Source: Anaeramoeba ignava BMAN
Lineage: Eukaryota; Protista; Anaeramoebae
DNA: 64,000 nt
Assembly (NCBI GenBank): GCA_028826165.1
Contig: JAPDFW010000061.1
Location: 434,001 to 498,000, forward strand
Direction: 5' to 3'
This document shows, one piece after another, positions 22,538 to 36,322 of the stretch (positions within the stretch are counted from its first letter, which is position 1; every line of letters begins with the position of its first letter). Position numbers and translations under genes: made by a program. Under the pieces are notes generated by a model, which saw only the letters and a program-made list of their open reading frames with translations, was not told where the DNA came from and did not search any database.

Positions 22538-25500
22538 ATGAAATTCAAAAATTTTCTTTTTATTACTCATCTTTTCTTGCTTTTTTTTGCATTTGGAAAT
22601 GAGGAAGAAGTGAATTTAAACAAGGAAGCAAAATTTCCAAACGAAATGAGAGACTTTCCATTGTTTAATTCAGCTGAAGATTATGAATGGATCAAAACAT
22701 TCACAATTTTGCCCGATTCAATTAATTCAACAGATAATTTTGGTATTTCTCCAAGTATTTTTGGCAATTCTTTTTTGGTAGGAAATTCTTATTACAACCA
22801 AAAACATGGAGAGGTTTTCTTTTTTCAAAACAATGGAACAAATTGGAACCAAAAACAAATTCTAATTGCAAATGATGGACAAGCAAATGACTCTTTTGGT
22901 TATTTAACATATCTTTCCGAAAATTTGGCTTTAATTGGAGCACCTTATGCAGATATAGGAGATAATAAATTTCAAGGAAAAGCTTATGTTTTTGAAAATA
23001 ATGGAACTTATTGGAATGAGAAGCAAATTCTATTTTCAAGTGAAGGAAGAGCTTCTGATTGGTTTGGAACAAGTGGAGTTATTGTTTTGGAAATACTTCT
23101 GAAATTCTTGTTGGATCACCTCGTTCATCTGTTGGCTATAATGATTTGCAAGGCAAGGTTTATGTATATCAAAAAAATGGAACAATTTGGAATCAAACTG
23201 GATATCTAATTGGAAGTGAAGGAGAAAGTGGGGATGAATTCGGTTGGTCTATAGATATTCAAGGAGATATTCTTGTTATTTCAGCTTATTTTGCCAAAAT
23301 TGGAAGTAACAATGCACAAGGAAAAGTTTATATTTTCCAAAATAATGGAACAAATTGGAATCAAAAACAAATCTTAATTGCAAGTGATGGAGGAGCTTAT
23401 GATCATTTTGGAGCAAAACTTTCAATTTCTGGTAATTTCCTTTTAATTAGTTCTCCTTATGCAACAATTGGAGATAACATACAGCAAGGAAAAGCTTATA
23501 TTTTTGAAAACAATGGAACTTATTGGAATCAAAAACAAATTTTATTTGCAAGTGATGGTCAAAAAGATGATTTTTTTGGGATGAGTGTTTCAGTTTCAGG
23601 TAATGTTTCTTTTATTGGAGTTCCTGGTGCACAAATTGGAAGTAATGATAAACAAGGCAAAGTTTATGTTTATATTAATAATGGAACTTTTTGGAATGAA
23701 AATCAAATCTTAAATCTAACAAACGGGAATACAGATGATTATTTCAGTTATTTTTTAGCACTTTCAAGTAATTTTTCTGTAGTTTCTTCAACAGAGGAAG
23801 GTGGAAAATCTTATATTTTTGAACCATTTCTCAAACCTCCCGCAGTTGATATCTTGAATTGTTCTTCATTGTTTTCTTCGTTTGATTGTTATTGGAATCA
23901 AATTAATTCAAGTTTAAATGATATCGAATATCAAATCTTTTATCAAACTGATGTTCAAAATTGGCAATTAATCCAATCCCCAATTCTTATTCAAAATGTT
24001 TTTTATCAAGTTTTCAATTCTTCATTTTATCCCAATATAACAGGAAATGTTGATTATTCAATCCAAATTAAATCTTGTAATACAACAACAACTGCTTGCT
24101 CGGATCCTTCAAACCAAATCAATTTAAAAACAAGAATTGATTCTGTTAAGAATTTGAGTTTAGGTTATATATCAGGAGAATCAATCCAATTAAATTGGAA
24201 TTATCCAAATGTTCCAATTATCAATTCAACAGCAAAATTAAATCATTATCTTCTTTCTTATCAAATCCAAGATTCAAATCAATCAACAAACATTTCAATT
24301 TCAAATTCATCAACTTCATTTCAAATCAATAATTTACAATCATTAACAAATTACTTAATTTCAATTTGTGGATGTAGAACAGAACAATGTTTAGGAGAAG
24401 ATCAAGGAGAAATCTCAACAATTCAAACCCAAACATCATTTGGATCTGTTTTGAATTTATCATGTTCAGTTTCAAATTCATTTGAAATTTCATGTACTTG
24501 GGAAAAACCTAATGATTCAATTGATCCAACTTATTATAATTTTACTTATCAATCACAAAATGCAAATGATTCAGGAAATTATTCTCTAAATGTAACAAAT
24601 CAAGATTTCATAGCTCAATATTCAAATCAAGAATATCAAATTAATGTTTCAGCTTGTGATTCTAATCAAAAATGTGGAACAATATCAACATTTCAAATTA
24701 CTACACCAATATTTGGACCAGTTTTGAATTTATCATGTTCAGTTTCAAATTCATTTGAAATTTCATGTACTTGGGAAAAACCTAATGATTCAATTGATCC
24801 AACTTATTATAATTTCACTTATCAATCACAAAATGCAAATGATTCAGGAAATTATTCTCTAAATGTAACAAATCAAGATTTCATAGCTCAATATTCAAAT
24901 CAAGAATATCAAATTAGTGTTTCAGCTTGTGATTCTAATTTTGAATGTGGAGATATTTCAACAATTACAATAAATACAGGAGTATTTGGACCTGTTTTGA
25001 ATTTTTCATGTTCAGTTTCAGATATTTACAATATTTCATGTACTTGGGATAAACCAAATGATTCACTCAATCCAACTTATTATAATTTCACTTATCAAGC
25101 AATCTCAGAAAATGATTCAGGAAATTATTCAATCAATTCAACATTTTTAGATTTTACATCCAAATATTCAAATGAAGAATATCAAATTAATGTTTCAGCT
25201 TGTGATTCTAATTTTGAATGTGGAGATATTTCAACAATTACAATAAATACAGGAGTATTTGGACCAGTTTTAAATTTTTCATGTTCAGTTTCAGATATTT
25301 ACAATATTTCATGTACTTGGGATAAACCAAATGATTCATTTAATCCAACTTATTATAATTTTACTTATCAAGCAATTTCAGAAAATGATTCAGGAAATTA
25401 TTCAATTAATTCAACATTTTTAGATTTTACATCCAAATATTCAAATGAAGAATATCAAATTAATGTTTCAGCTTGTGATTCTCATAATCAATGTGGAGAT

Positions 25501-26529
25501 ATTTCAACAATTACAATAAATACAGGAGTATTTGGACCTGTTTTGAATTTTTCATGTTCAGTTTCAGATATTTACAATATTTCATGTAGTTGGAATAAAC
25601 CAAATGATTCATTTAATCCAACTTATTATAATTTCACTTATCAAGCAATTTCAGAAAATGATTCAGGAAATTATTCAATTAATTCAACATTTTTAGATTT
25701 CACATCCAAATATTCAAATGAATATTATCAAATCAATGTTTCAGCTTGTGACTCAAATTTTGAATGTGGATATATTTCAACAATTACAATAAATACAGGA
25801 GTATTTGGGCCTGTTTTGAATTTTTCATGTTCAGTTTCAGATTTTTATTTAATTTCATGTACTTGGAATAAACCAAATGATTCATTTAATCCAACTTATT
25901 ATAATTTCACTTATCAAGCAATCTCAGAAAATGATTCAGGAAATTATTCAATTAATTCAACATTTTTAGATTTCACATCCAAATATTCAAATGAATATTA
26001 TCAAATTAATGTTTCAGCTTGTGATTCAAATTTTGAATGTGGAGATATTTCAACAACTCAAATTGAAACAGGGATATTTGGACCAGTTTTGAATCTGTAT
26101 TGTGTAGTTTCAAACATTTATGATATTTCTTGTTCTTGGGATCAACCTAATGGACCAGTATTTCCAACTTATTATAATTTCACTTATCAATCAATATACC
26201 AAAACGATATAGGGAATTTATTATCCAACGGTTCCAACCAAGTTTTCACAGCTAAGTATTCTAACGAAGTTTATTTAGTCAAAGTTTCGGCTTGTATCTT
26301 TAATGGATGTGGAATTCTTTCATCATATCAAATCAGAACACAAGAAAAAAGCACTTCATCTTCCAATTCAAAAACAACAACAATAGTTCTTTCAACTGTT
26401 ATTCCAGTTGTTGCAATCGTTGGGATTGTTTTGGCAGTAGTTTTAATAAAGAAAAAAAGAAAAAAACAAATTAATAAACAAAATGAGATTGAAATTGATG
26501 AAGCATTATTGGATGGGAATGATGACTAA
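22538..26529 (+). CDS. FG-GAP receptor 10 (7 blades, 2 + 7 FN3-like domains, TM, tail DEALL); frameshift near 23085
   Basis: ORFs 22538-23209 and 23059-26529; seven 91-aa repeats FGPVLNxSCSVS..ISCTWxKP..YYNFTY..EYQINVSACD..CG. Confidence 0.85.
24439..26340 (+). repeat. Seven tandem 273-bp coding repeats (FN3-like, 4 Cys each)
   Basis: Units start at 24439, 24712, 24985, 25258, 25531, 25804 and 26077. Confidence 0.92.
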
Positions 26530-26610
26530 TTTAATTCCTAATCCAAAAAGAAAAAAAAATTTTTTTCATTTTTTTCATTTTTTTCATTTTTTTCTTCATT
26601 TAAAATAAAA

Positions 26611-28672
26611 ATGAAAAAGATTCAAAACTTTAACTTTCTTATTCAATTTTTTTTATTAATTTTTTCCATCAATTTTATTTCTTCTTTTGAGAATCAAATT
26701 GAATGGGTTCAAGAACAAATTTTAATTGCAAATGATGGGAAAGAATATGAATATTTTGGATCAAGTATTGATTTTGAAGGGAATATTTGTGTAATTGGAT
26801 CTTTTTGTGGAGATGTAGGAAATAATTCTGCGCAAGGAAAAGCTTATATTTATGAGAAAAATGGCAAAAATTGGAATCAAAAACAAATCTTAGTTTCCAG
26901 TGATGGACAAGCTTACGATGGATTTGGATTAACTGTTTCAATATCAGGAAATTTTCTTTTAATTAGTTCTCCTTATGCAACAGTTGGAGAAAATGAGTCT
27001 CAAGGAAAAGCTTATATTTTTGAGAATGATGGAGCATTTTGGAATCAAAAACAAATTTTGTTGGGAAGTGATGGACAAGCTGAGGATAATTTTGGATCGT
27101 ATCTTTTTATTGAAGGAAATTTGATTTTGATTGGATCTCCTTATGCAAATATTGGAGAGAATGTTTCTCAAGGAAAAGCTTATGTTTATGAGAATAATGG
27201 AACATTTTGGAATGAAAAGCAAATTTTAATTGCAAGTGATGGTCAAGCTTATGATAATTTTGGATCAGGTGTTTCCATTTCAAACGATGGGAAATACATT
27301 TTTGTTGGAGCTTCTGATGCCACTGTTGGAGAAAGCAATTATGATCAAGGCAAAGTTTATATTTTCGAAAATAATGGAACATTTTGGAATGAAAAGCAAA
27401 TTTTAATTGCAAGTGATGGGAAAATTGATGACAATTTTGGATACAGCATTTCAATTTCAGGGAATTATTCTTTAATTGGTTCCCCGATGGCAACTGTTAA
27501 TGACCATGATTCACAAGGAAAAGCTTATATTTTTGAAAACAACGGAACTTATTGGAATGAAAAACAAATTTTAATAGCAAGTGATGGAAATACCAATGAC
27601 CAATTCAGTTCAAGTATTTCAATTTCAGGAAATGCTTCTCTAATTGGGTCTTACAATTCAAATGTTGGTGAGAGTAGTGCTGAAGGAAAAGCTTATGTTT
27701 TCCAAAACAATGGAACTTATTGGAAACAATCTCAAATTTTATTTGCAAGTGATGGAAATACTATGTATAATTTTGGATGGAGTGTTTCACTTTCTGCAAA
27801 TTATTCTTTGATTGGTGCACCAAATGCACTAGTTGGAGATAATAAATTTCAAGGCGAGGCTTATATTTTTGAACCATTTCCAAAACCTCCTGCAGTTAAT
27901 ATCTTGAATTGTTCTTCATTGTTTTCTTCATTTGAATGTTATTGGAATCAAATAAATTCAAGTTTAAATGATATTGAATATCAAATCAATTATCAAACTG
28001 ATGTTCAAAATTGGCAATTAATTCAATCTCCAATTCTTATTCAAAATGTTTTTTATCAAGTTTTCAATTCTTCATTTTATCCCAATATAACAGGAAATGT
28101 TGATTATTCAATCCAAATTAGAGTTTGTAATTCATCAACAAATGCTTGTTCAGATCCTTCAAACCAAATCAATTTAACAACAAGAATTGATTCTGTTAAT
28201 AATTTGAAATTTCAAAGTTATCCAAATTCAATTCAATTAAATTGGAATTATCCAAATGTTCCAATTATTAATTCAATTCCAAAATTAAATCATTATTTCC
28301 TTTCTTATCAAATTCTAAATTCAAATCAATCAACAAACATTTCAATTTCAAATTCATCAACTTCATTTCAAATCAATAATTTACAATCATTAACAAATTA
28401 CTTAATTTCAATTTGTGGATGTAGAACAGAACAATGTTTAGGAGAAGATCAAGGAGAAATTTCAACAATCCAAATTCAAACAAATCAAAAAACAACTTCA
28501 TCTTCAAAATCAAAAAAAACAACAATAGTTTTGGCAATTATTATTCCAATTATTGTTATTATTGGAATAATTTTAACAATTATTTTAATTAAAAAGAAAA
28601 AGAAACGCAAAACCACAATATTATTTAAAAGATGATAAGGATGAAAATTTATCATTAATTCATGATAAATGA
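26611..28672 (+). CDS. FG-GAP receptor 11 (7 blades, 2 FN3-like, TM)
   Basis: ORF 26611-28635. A 1-nt shift in the A-rich post-TM stretch gives the family-like tail KPQYYLKDDKDENLSLIHDK* ending at 28672. Confidence 0.85.
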
Positions 28673-28735
28673 AACAACAACAAAAATATTTTTTTTTAAA
28701 ACAAAATTCATTTTTTTCTTCTTTAAAAAGCAAAA

Positions 28736-30787
28736 ATGAAAAAAAATCAAAAAAGTTTTACCAATTTTATTTTTTGTTTTGAAAAAGAAAATGGATTTGA
28801 ATTCCAATGGAATCAAGAAGAAATTGTAATTGCAAGTGATGGACAAGGATCAGAATATTTTGGAACTAGTATTGATATTAAAGGGGATTTTTGTGTAATT
28901 GGAGCTTGTGGAGGATTTGTTGGAAATATTTCTCAAGGAAAAGCTTATGTTTTTGAGAATAATGGAACATTTTGGAATCAAAAGCAAATTTTAATTGCAA
29001 GTGATGGACAAGAAGGGGATCTTTTTGGATTAACTGCTTCAATTTCAAATGATGGGAAATTCATTTTGATTGGTGCTCCTTATGCTTATATTAATAATAA
29101 TGAATTTCAAGGAAAAGCTTATGTTTTTGAGAATAATGGAACAAATTGGAATCAAAAACAAATTTTCATTGCAAGTGATGGACAAGCTGAGGATAATTTT
29201 GGTCTATTTCTTCTGATTGAAGACAATTTGATTTTGATTGGATCTCCTGGTGCAGCTGTTGGACAAAATGGATCTCAAGGAAAAGTTTATGTTTATGGAA
29301 ATAATGGAACTTATTGGAATCAAAAACAACTTTTAATTGCAAGTGATGGAAAAGCTGAGGATAATTTTGGATCAAGTTTTTCACTTGCAGGAAATATTCT
29401 TGTTATTGGAGCTTATTATGCAAATGTTGGAGAAAATGATGAACAAGGAAAAGTTTATGTTTTTGAAAATAATGGAACATTTTGGAATCAAAAACAAATT
29501 TTAATTGCAAGTGATGGAGAATCTAGTGATAATTTTGGAACAAGTGTTTCAATTTCAAATGATTCCTCTTCCATTTTGGTTGGATCACCCTATGCATCTG
29601 TTTTAGTTGCTGATTCACAAGGCAAAGCTTATATTTTTGAAAGTAATGGCACACTTTGGAATGAGTATCAAATTTTATTTGCAAGTGATGGAGAATCTCA
29701 AAACTATTTTGGATGGAGTGTCGCAATATCAAATGATTCAAATTTTTGTTTGATTGGATGTCCTGGTGCAACAGTTGGAGATAATTTTTCACAAGGAAAG
29801 ACTTATGTTTTTGAAAATAATGGAACTTATTGGAATCAAAAACAAACTTTAATTGCAAGTGATGGAAATCTTGATGATGAATTTGGAGATAGTGTTTCAA
29901 TTTCAGGAAATTATTCTTTGATTGGAACTCCACAAGCAAATGTTGGGAGTAATATATATCAAGGCAAAGCTTATATTTTTCAATTTTCTTTCCCTGCAGT
30001 TAATATTGTGAATTGTTCTTCATTGTTTTCTTCATTTGAATGTTTTTGGAATCAAATTAATTCAACTTTAAATGATATTGAATATCAAATTAATTATCAA
30101 AATGAAATTGAAAATTGGGAATTAATTCAATCTCCAATTCTTAATCAAAATATTTTATATCAAATTTTCAATTCTTCAATTTATTCCAATATAACAGGAA
30201 ATGTTGATTATTCAATTCAAATTAAATCATGTATTACATTAACTCAAATTTGTGGAAATTTTTCAAATCAAATTAATTTAACAACAAGAATTGATTCTGT
30301 TAAAAATCTAAATTATAAAAGTTATTCAAATTCAATTCAATTAAATTGGAATTATCCAAATGTTCCAATTATTAATTCAATTCCAAAATTAAATCATTAT
30401 ATTATTTCTTATCAAATTCTAAATTCAAATCAATCAACAAACATTTCAATTTCAAATTCATCAACTTCATTTCAAATCAATAATTTAACATCATTAACAA
30501 ATTATTTAATTTCAATTTATTCATGTAGAAATGAAGAATGTTTTGGAAATGATAAAGGAGAAATTTCAACAATTCAAATTCAAACAAAACAACAAACAAC
30601 TTCATCTTCAAAATCCAAAACAACAATAATTGTTCTTTCAACTGTTATTCCAATTATTGTTATTATTTCAATAATTTTAATAATTTTTTTGATTAAGAAA
30701 AAGAAAACCAAAAATGAAAACAAATTTAAACCAACAACAGATCAAGGAGATGTAGATGAAATTTCTTTATTTTCTGATTACAATTAA
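28736..30787 (+). CDS. FG-GAP receptor 12 (7 blades, 2 FN3-like, TM, tail DEISLF); short/degenerate signal peptide
   Basis: 683-aa ORF with seven blades counted. Confidence 0.87.
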   Translation: MKKNQKSFTNFIFCFEKENGFEFQWNQEEIVIASDGQGSEYFGTSIDIKGDFCVIGACGGFVGNISQGKAYVFENNGTFWNQKQILIASDGQEGDLFGLTASISNDGKFILIGAPYAYINNNEFQGKAYVFENNGTNWNQKQIFIASDGQAEDNFGLFLLIEDNLILIGSPGAAVGQNGSQGKVYVYGNNGTYWNQKQLLIASDGKAEDNFGSSFSLAGNILVIGAYYANVGENDEQGKVYVFENNGTFWNQKQILIASDGESSDNFGTSVSISNDSSSILVGSPYASVLVADSQGKAYIFESNGTLWNEYQILFASDGESQNYFGWSVAISNDSNFCLIGCPGATVGDNFSQGKTYVFENNGTYWNQKQTLIASDGNLDDEFGDSVSISGNYSLIGTPQANVGSNIYQGKAYIFQFSFPAVNIVNCSSLFSSFECFWNQINSTLNDIEYQINYQNEIENWELIQSPILNQNILYQIFNSSIYSNITGNVDYSIQIKSCITLTQICGNFSNQINLTTRIDSVKNLNYKSYSNSIQLNWNYPNVPIINSIPKLNHYIISYQILNSNQSTNISISNSSTSFQINNLTSLTNYLISIYSCRNEECFGNDKGEISTIQIQTKQQTTSSSKSKTTIIVLSTVIPIIVIISIILIIFLIKKKKTKNENKFKPTTDQGDVDEISLFSDYN

Positions 30788-30829
30788 ATTAAATTTTTTT
30801 TTCATTTTTCAAAAAAAGAAAAGAAAAAA

Positions 30830-33800
30830 AAAAAAAAAAATTTTTCTTCAAATTTTCTTTTTAAATTTTTCAAAAAAAAACCAAAAAAAATTTTACTTTT
30901 TCATTTTTTTTAATTTTTACTTTTTAAAATTCTTTTCAATTTTTAAATTTGAAAATGAAAATGAATTTGATTGGATTCAAAAAGAAATTTTAATTGCAAA
31001 TGATGGAGAAGATTATGATTGGTTTGGAAATAGTATTGATATTAAAGGAAATATTTGTGTAATTGGTTCTGATGCAACTGTTGGAAGCAATCTTTATCAA
31101 GGAAAAGCTTATATTTATGAAAATAATGGAACAAATTGGAATTTAATTCAAATTTTAATTGCAAGTGATGGAGAAGAAAATGATGAATTTGGATCAAGTG
31201 TTTCAATTTCAAATGATGGGAAATTTATTTTAATTGGTGCTTTTTATGCATATGTTGGAAATCATCAAGAACAAGGGAAATCTTATATTTTTGAGAATAA
31301 CGGAACATTTTGGAATCAAAAAAAAATTTTAATTTCAAGTGATGGACAAGCTCATGATCGATTTGGAACAAGTGTTTCAATTTCAAATGATCAAAGATTC
31401 ATTTTAATTGGAGCCTCTAATGCAAAAGTTGGAAATAATTCTCAACAACAAGGAAAAGCTTATATTTTCCAAAATAATGGAACATTTTGGAATCAATCTC
31501 AAATTTTAATTGCAAGTGATGGGAAAGAAGCTGATTGGTTTGGATACAGTGTTTCAATTTCAGATGATTCTTCTTTTCTTTTGATTGGAGCCTCTAATGC
31601 AGATGTTGAAAATAATTATTATCAAGGAAAAGCTTATATTTTCCAAAATAATGGAACATTTTGGAATCAATTTCAAGTTTTAATTGCAAGTGATGGAGAA
31701 ATTTATGATAACTTTGGAACAAGTGTTTCAATTTCAAATGATTTTGCTGTTATTGGTTCTCCTCAAGCAAGTGTTGGAAATAATTCTCAACAAGGAAAAG
31801 CTTATATTTTCCAAAATAATGGAACAAATTGGAATCAAAAACAAATTTTAATTGCAAGTGATGGGAAAGATTTTGATGAATTTGGAACAAGTGTTTCAAT
31901 TTCAAATGATTCTTCTTTGATTTTAATTGGTTCTCCTTATTACCCTATTCTTGGAAATATTTCACAAGGAAAAGTTTATATTTTCCAAAATAATGAAACA
32001 TTTTGGAATTTAATTCAAATCTTAATCGCAAATGATGAAGAATATTATGATGAATTCGGAGTGAGTGTTTCAATTTCAAATGATTTTATTGCTATTGGTG
32101 CTTCTTGGGCAGATGTTGGAAATAATGAATATCAAGGAAAAGCTTATGTTTTTGAATATTCCTTAATTCCTCCTCAAGTTAATATTTTGAATTGTTCTTC
32201 TTTGTTTTCTTCATTTGAATGTTATTGGAATCAAATTAATTCAACTTTAAATGATATTGAATATCAAATTAATTATCAAAATGGAATTGAAAATTGGGAA
32301 TTAATTCAATCTCCAATTCTTAATCAAAATGTTTTGTATCAAATTTTCAATTCTTCAATTTATTCCAATATATCAGGAAATGTTGATTATTCAATTCAAA
32401 TTAAATCATGTAATACAACAACAACTGCTTGTGGAAATCCTTCAAATCAAATTAATTTAACAACAAGAATTGATTCTGTTAAAAATCTAAGTTTTGAAAG
32501 TTATTCAAATTCAATTAAATTAAATTGGAATTATCCAAATGTTCCAATTATTAATTCAATTCCAAAATTAAATCATTATATTATTTCTTATCAAATTCTA
32601 AATTCAAATCAATCCACAAACATTTCCATTTCAAATTCATCAACTTCATTCCAAATCAATAATTTAGAATCATTAACAAATTATTTAATTTCAATTTATT
32701 CATGTAGAAATGAAGAATGTTATGGAAATGATAAAGGAGAAATTTCAACAATTCAAGTTCAAACATTATTTGGGTCAGTAGTGAATTTATCATGTTCAGT
32801 TTCAAATTCATTTGATATTTCATGTATTTGGAATAAACCAAATGATTTAATTAATCCAACTTATTATAATTTCACTTATAATTCAATTTCTTCAAATGAT
32901 TTTGGAAATTATTCAATTAATTCAACTTCTTTTAATTTTACAGCTCAATATTCAAATCAAGAATACCAAATTAATGTTTCAAGTTGTAATTCAAATTATC
33001 AATGTGGAACAATTTCAACATTTCAAATCAAAACAGGATTATTTGGGCCAGTAGTGAATTTATCATGTTCAGTTTCAAATTCATTTAATATTTCATGTAT
33101 TTGGAATAAACCAAATGATTTAATTAATCCAACTTATTATAATTTCACTTATCAATCAATTTCTTCAAATGATTTTGGAAATTATTCAATTAATTCAACT
33201 TCTTTTAATTTTACAGCTCAATATTCAAATCAAGAATATCAAATTAATGTTTCATCTTGTGATTCAAATTATCAATGTGGAACAATTTCAACAATTCAAA
33301 TCAAAACAGGATTATTTGGACCAGTAGTAAATTTATCATGTTTAGTTTTAAATTCATTTGATGTTTCATGTATTTGGAATAAACCAAATGATTTAATTAA
33401 TCCAACTTATTATAATTTCACTTATCAATCAATTTCTTCAAATGATTTTGGAAATTATTCAATTAATTCAATCAACTTCTTTTAATTTTACAGTTCAATA
33501 TTCAAATCAAGAATATCAAATTAATGTTTCATCTTGTGATTCAAATTATCAATGTGGAACAATTTCAACAATTCAAATTAAAACATTATTTGGACCAGTA
33601 TTAAATTTATCATGTTCAATTTTAAATTCATTTAATATTTCATGTATTTGGAATAAACCAAATGATTTAATTAATCCAACTTATTATAATTTCACTTATC
33701 ATTCAATTTCTTCAAATGATTTTGGAAATTATTCAATTAATTCAACTTCTTTTAATTTTACAGCTCAATATTCAAATCAAGAATACCAAATTAATGTTTC

Positions 33801-34061
33801 ATCTTGTGATTCAAATTATCAATGTGGAACAATTTCAACAATTCAAATTCAAACAAAACAACAAAATTCAACTTCAAAATCTAAAACAACAATAATTGTT
33901 ATTTCAATTTTAATTCCAATTATTGTTATTATTTCAATAATTTTAATAATTTTTTTGATTAAAAGAAAAGGAAAAGAAATTCAAATTCAAATGAAAATGA
34001 AAATGAAAAAGAAATGAAATATCCAATGAATGAATGGTTATTGGAAGAAAAAGATAAATAA
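30830..34061 (+). CDS. FG-GAP receptor 13 (7 blades, 2 + 4 FN3-like, TM); frameshifts, start unresolved
   Basis: ORFs 30756-33485 and 33442-34017 are separated by a 4-nt duplication (TCAATCAA) near 33470. The tail in the shifted frame reads YPMNEWLLEEKDK* (stop 34059-34061). No clear ATG in the A/T-run leader. Confidence 0.78.
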
Positions 34062-34118
34062 TTCCAAAAAAAATTTTTTTTTCTTCAAATCAAAAATTTC
34101 ATTTTTTTCAAAATTAAA

Positions 34119-36210
34119 ATGAAACAAATTTTACTTTTTCAAATTTTATTAATTTTTTTAATTACTTTTTTAAATTCTTTTCAATTTAAATTTAAAAATG
34201 AAAATGAATTTGATTGGATTCAAAAACAAATTTTAATTGCAAATGATGGGAAAGTTGGTGAAATTTTTGGATATAGTCTTGATATGAAAGCAAATTATTG
34301 TGTAATTGGTTCTCCTTATTCAACAGTTGGAAATAATTCTCAACAAGGAAAAGCTTATATTTATGAAAATAACGGAACAAATTGGGATTTAATTCAAATT
34401 TTAATTGCAAATGATGGAAAAGCTTCTGATTATTTTGGAACAAGTGTTTCAATTTCAAATGATGGGAAATTTATTTTAATTGGTTCTCCTTATGCAAAAG
34501 TTGGAAATAATTCTGAACAAGGAAAAGCTTATATTTTCCAAAATAATGGAACAAATTGGAATCAAAAACAAATTTTAATTGCAAATGATGGAAATACATT
34601 TGATAATTTTGGATTAAGTATTTCAATTTCAAATGATGATTCTTTGATTTTAATTGGTTCTCCTTATTCAAATGTTGGAAATAATATTCAACAAGGAAAA
34701 GCTTATATTTTCCAAAATAATGGAACATTTTGGAATCAATATCAAATTTTAATTGCAAATGATGGAAAAGATTATGATTTTTTTGCAATAAGTGTTTCAA
34801 TTTCAAATGATTTTGCTTTGATTGGTGCTTATTGGGCAGATGTTGGAAATAATATTCAACAAGGAAAAGCTTATATTTTCCAAAATAATGGAACATTTTG
34901 GAATCAACATCAAATTTTAATTGCAAATGATGGAGGTTTTGATGATCAATTTGGAAGAAGTGTTTCATTTTCAAATGATTCTTCTTTGATTTTAATTAGT
35001 GCTCCAAATTCTAATGTTGGAGAAAACGAAAAGCAAGGAAAAGCTTATATTTTCCAAAATAATGGAACATTTTGGAATCAAAAACAAATCTTAATTGCAA
35101 ATGATGGAAATACATTTGATCAATTCGGATTAAGTATTTCAATTTCAAATGATTCTTCTTTGATTTTAATTGGTTCTCCTTACGCTCCTGTTTTCGGAAA
35201 TAACACACAAGGAAAAGCTTATATTTTCCAAAATAATGGAACATTTTGGAATCAAATTCAAATCTTAATTGCAAATGATGGTGAAGCTGGAAATTTTTTT
35301 GGAACTAGTGTTTCAATTTCAAATGATTTTGCTTTATTATTGGCGCTCCTCTTTCAACTGTTGAAGATAACATTGATCAAGGAAAAGCTTATATTTTCGA
35401 ACCATTTTGAAAAATGAAATGTTGAACTGTTCTTCTTTGTTTTCTTCATTTGAATGTTATTGGAATCAAATTATTTCAACTTTGAATGATATTGAATATC
35501 AAATTAATTACCAAAATGGAATTGAAAATTGGGAATTAATTCAATCTCCAATTCTTAATCAAAATATTTTATATCAAATTTTCAATTCTTCAATTTATCA
35601 AGATATATCAGGAAATGTTGATTATTCAATTCAAATTAAATCATGTAATACAACAACAACTGCTTGTGGGAATCCTTCAAATCAAATTAATTTAACAACA
35701 AGAATTGATTCTGTTAAAAATTTAAATTTTGAAAGTTATTCAAATTCAATTCAATTAAATTGGAATTATCCAAATGTTCCAATTATTAACTCAATTCCAA
35801 AATTAAATCATTATATTATTTCTTATCAAATTTAAATTCAAAATCAATTCACAAACATTTCAATTTCAAATTCATCAACTTCATTTTCAAATCAAGTGTT
35901 TCAGAATCAAACAAATTATTCCATTTCAATTTATTCATGTAGAAATGAAGAATGTTTTGGAAATGATAAAGGAGAAATCACAACAATTCAAATTCAAACA
36001 AAACAACAAAATCCAAATTCAAAAATCAAAATCAAATTCAAATTCAAACAACAAAAATTCAAATTTCAATTTTAATTTTAATTATAATTAATTTTTATTG
36101 GAATAATTTTATTTTTAATTTTTTTTAATTAAAAAAAGAAAAAAAAAAAAAAAATTCAAATCAAATCAAAAAAAAAATTTTAAAAAAAAAAAAAAAAGAA
36201 ATTAAATGAA
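34119..36210 (+). CDS. FG-GAP receptor 14 (7 blades, 2 FN3-like, degenerate TM); frameshifted 3' half
   Basis: ORFs 34119-35417 and 35407-35835, followed by CRNEECFGNDKGEI homology at 35938-35980. End approximate. Confidence 0.72.
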
Positions 36211-36322
36211 TAAATCAAATTGAAAAAATTGAAAATTTTGAAAAAAAAAAATTTTTCAATTTTAAAAAAAAAAAAAAAAAATAAAAAAAAAAATTTTTTT
36301 CAATTTTCAAAATTTAAAAGAA

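Noticed and set aside
24439-26340. Regularly spaced repeats as a CRISPR array or mobile element
   Set aside because: They are contiguous in-frame coding repeats without unique spacers, TIRs, LTRs or transposase/RT motifs.
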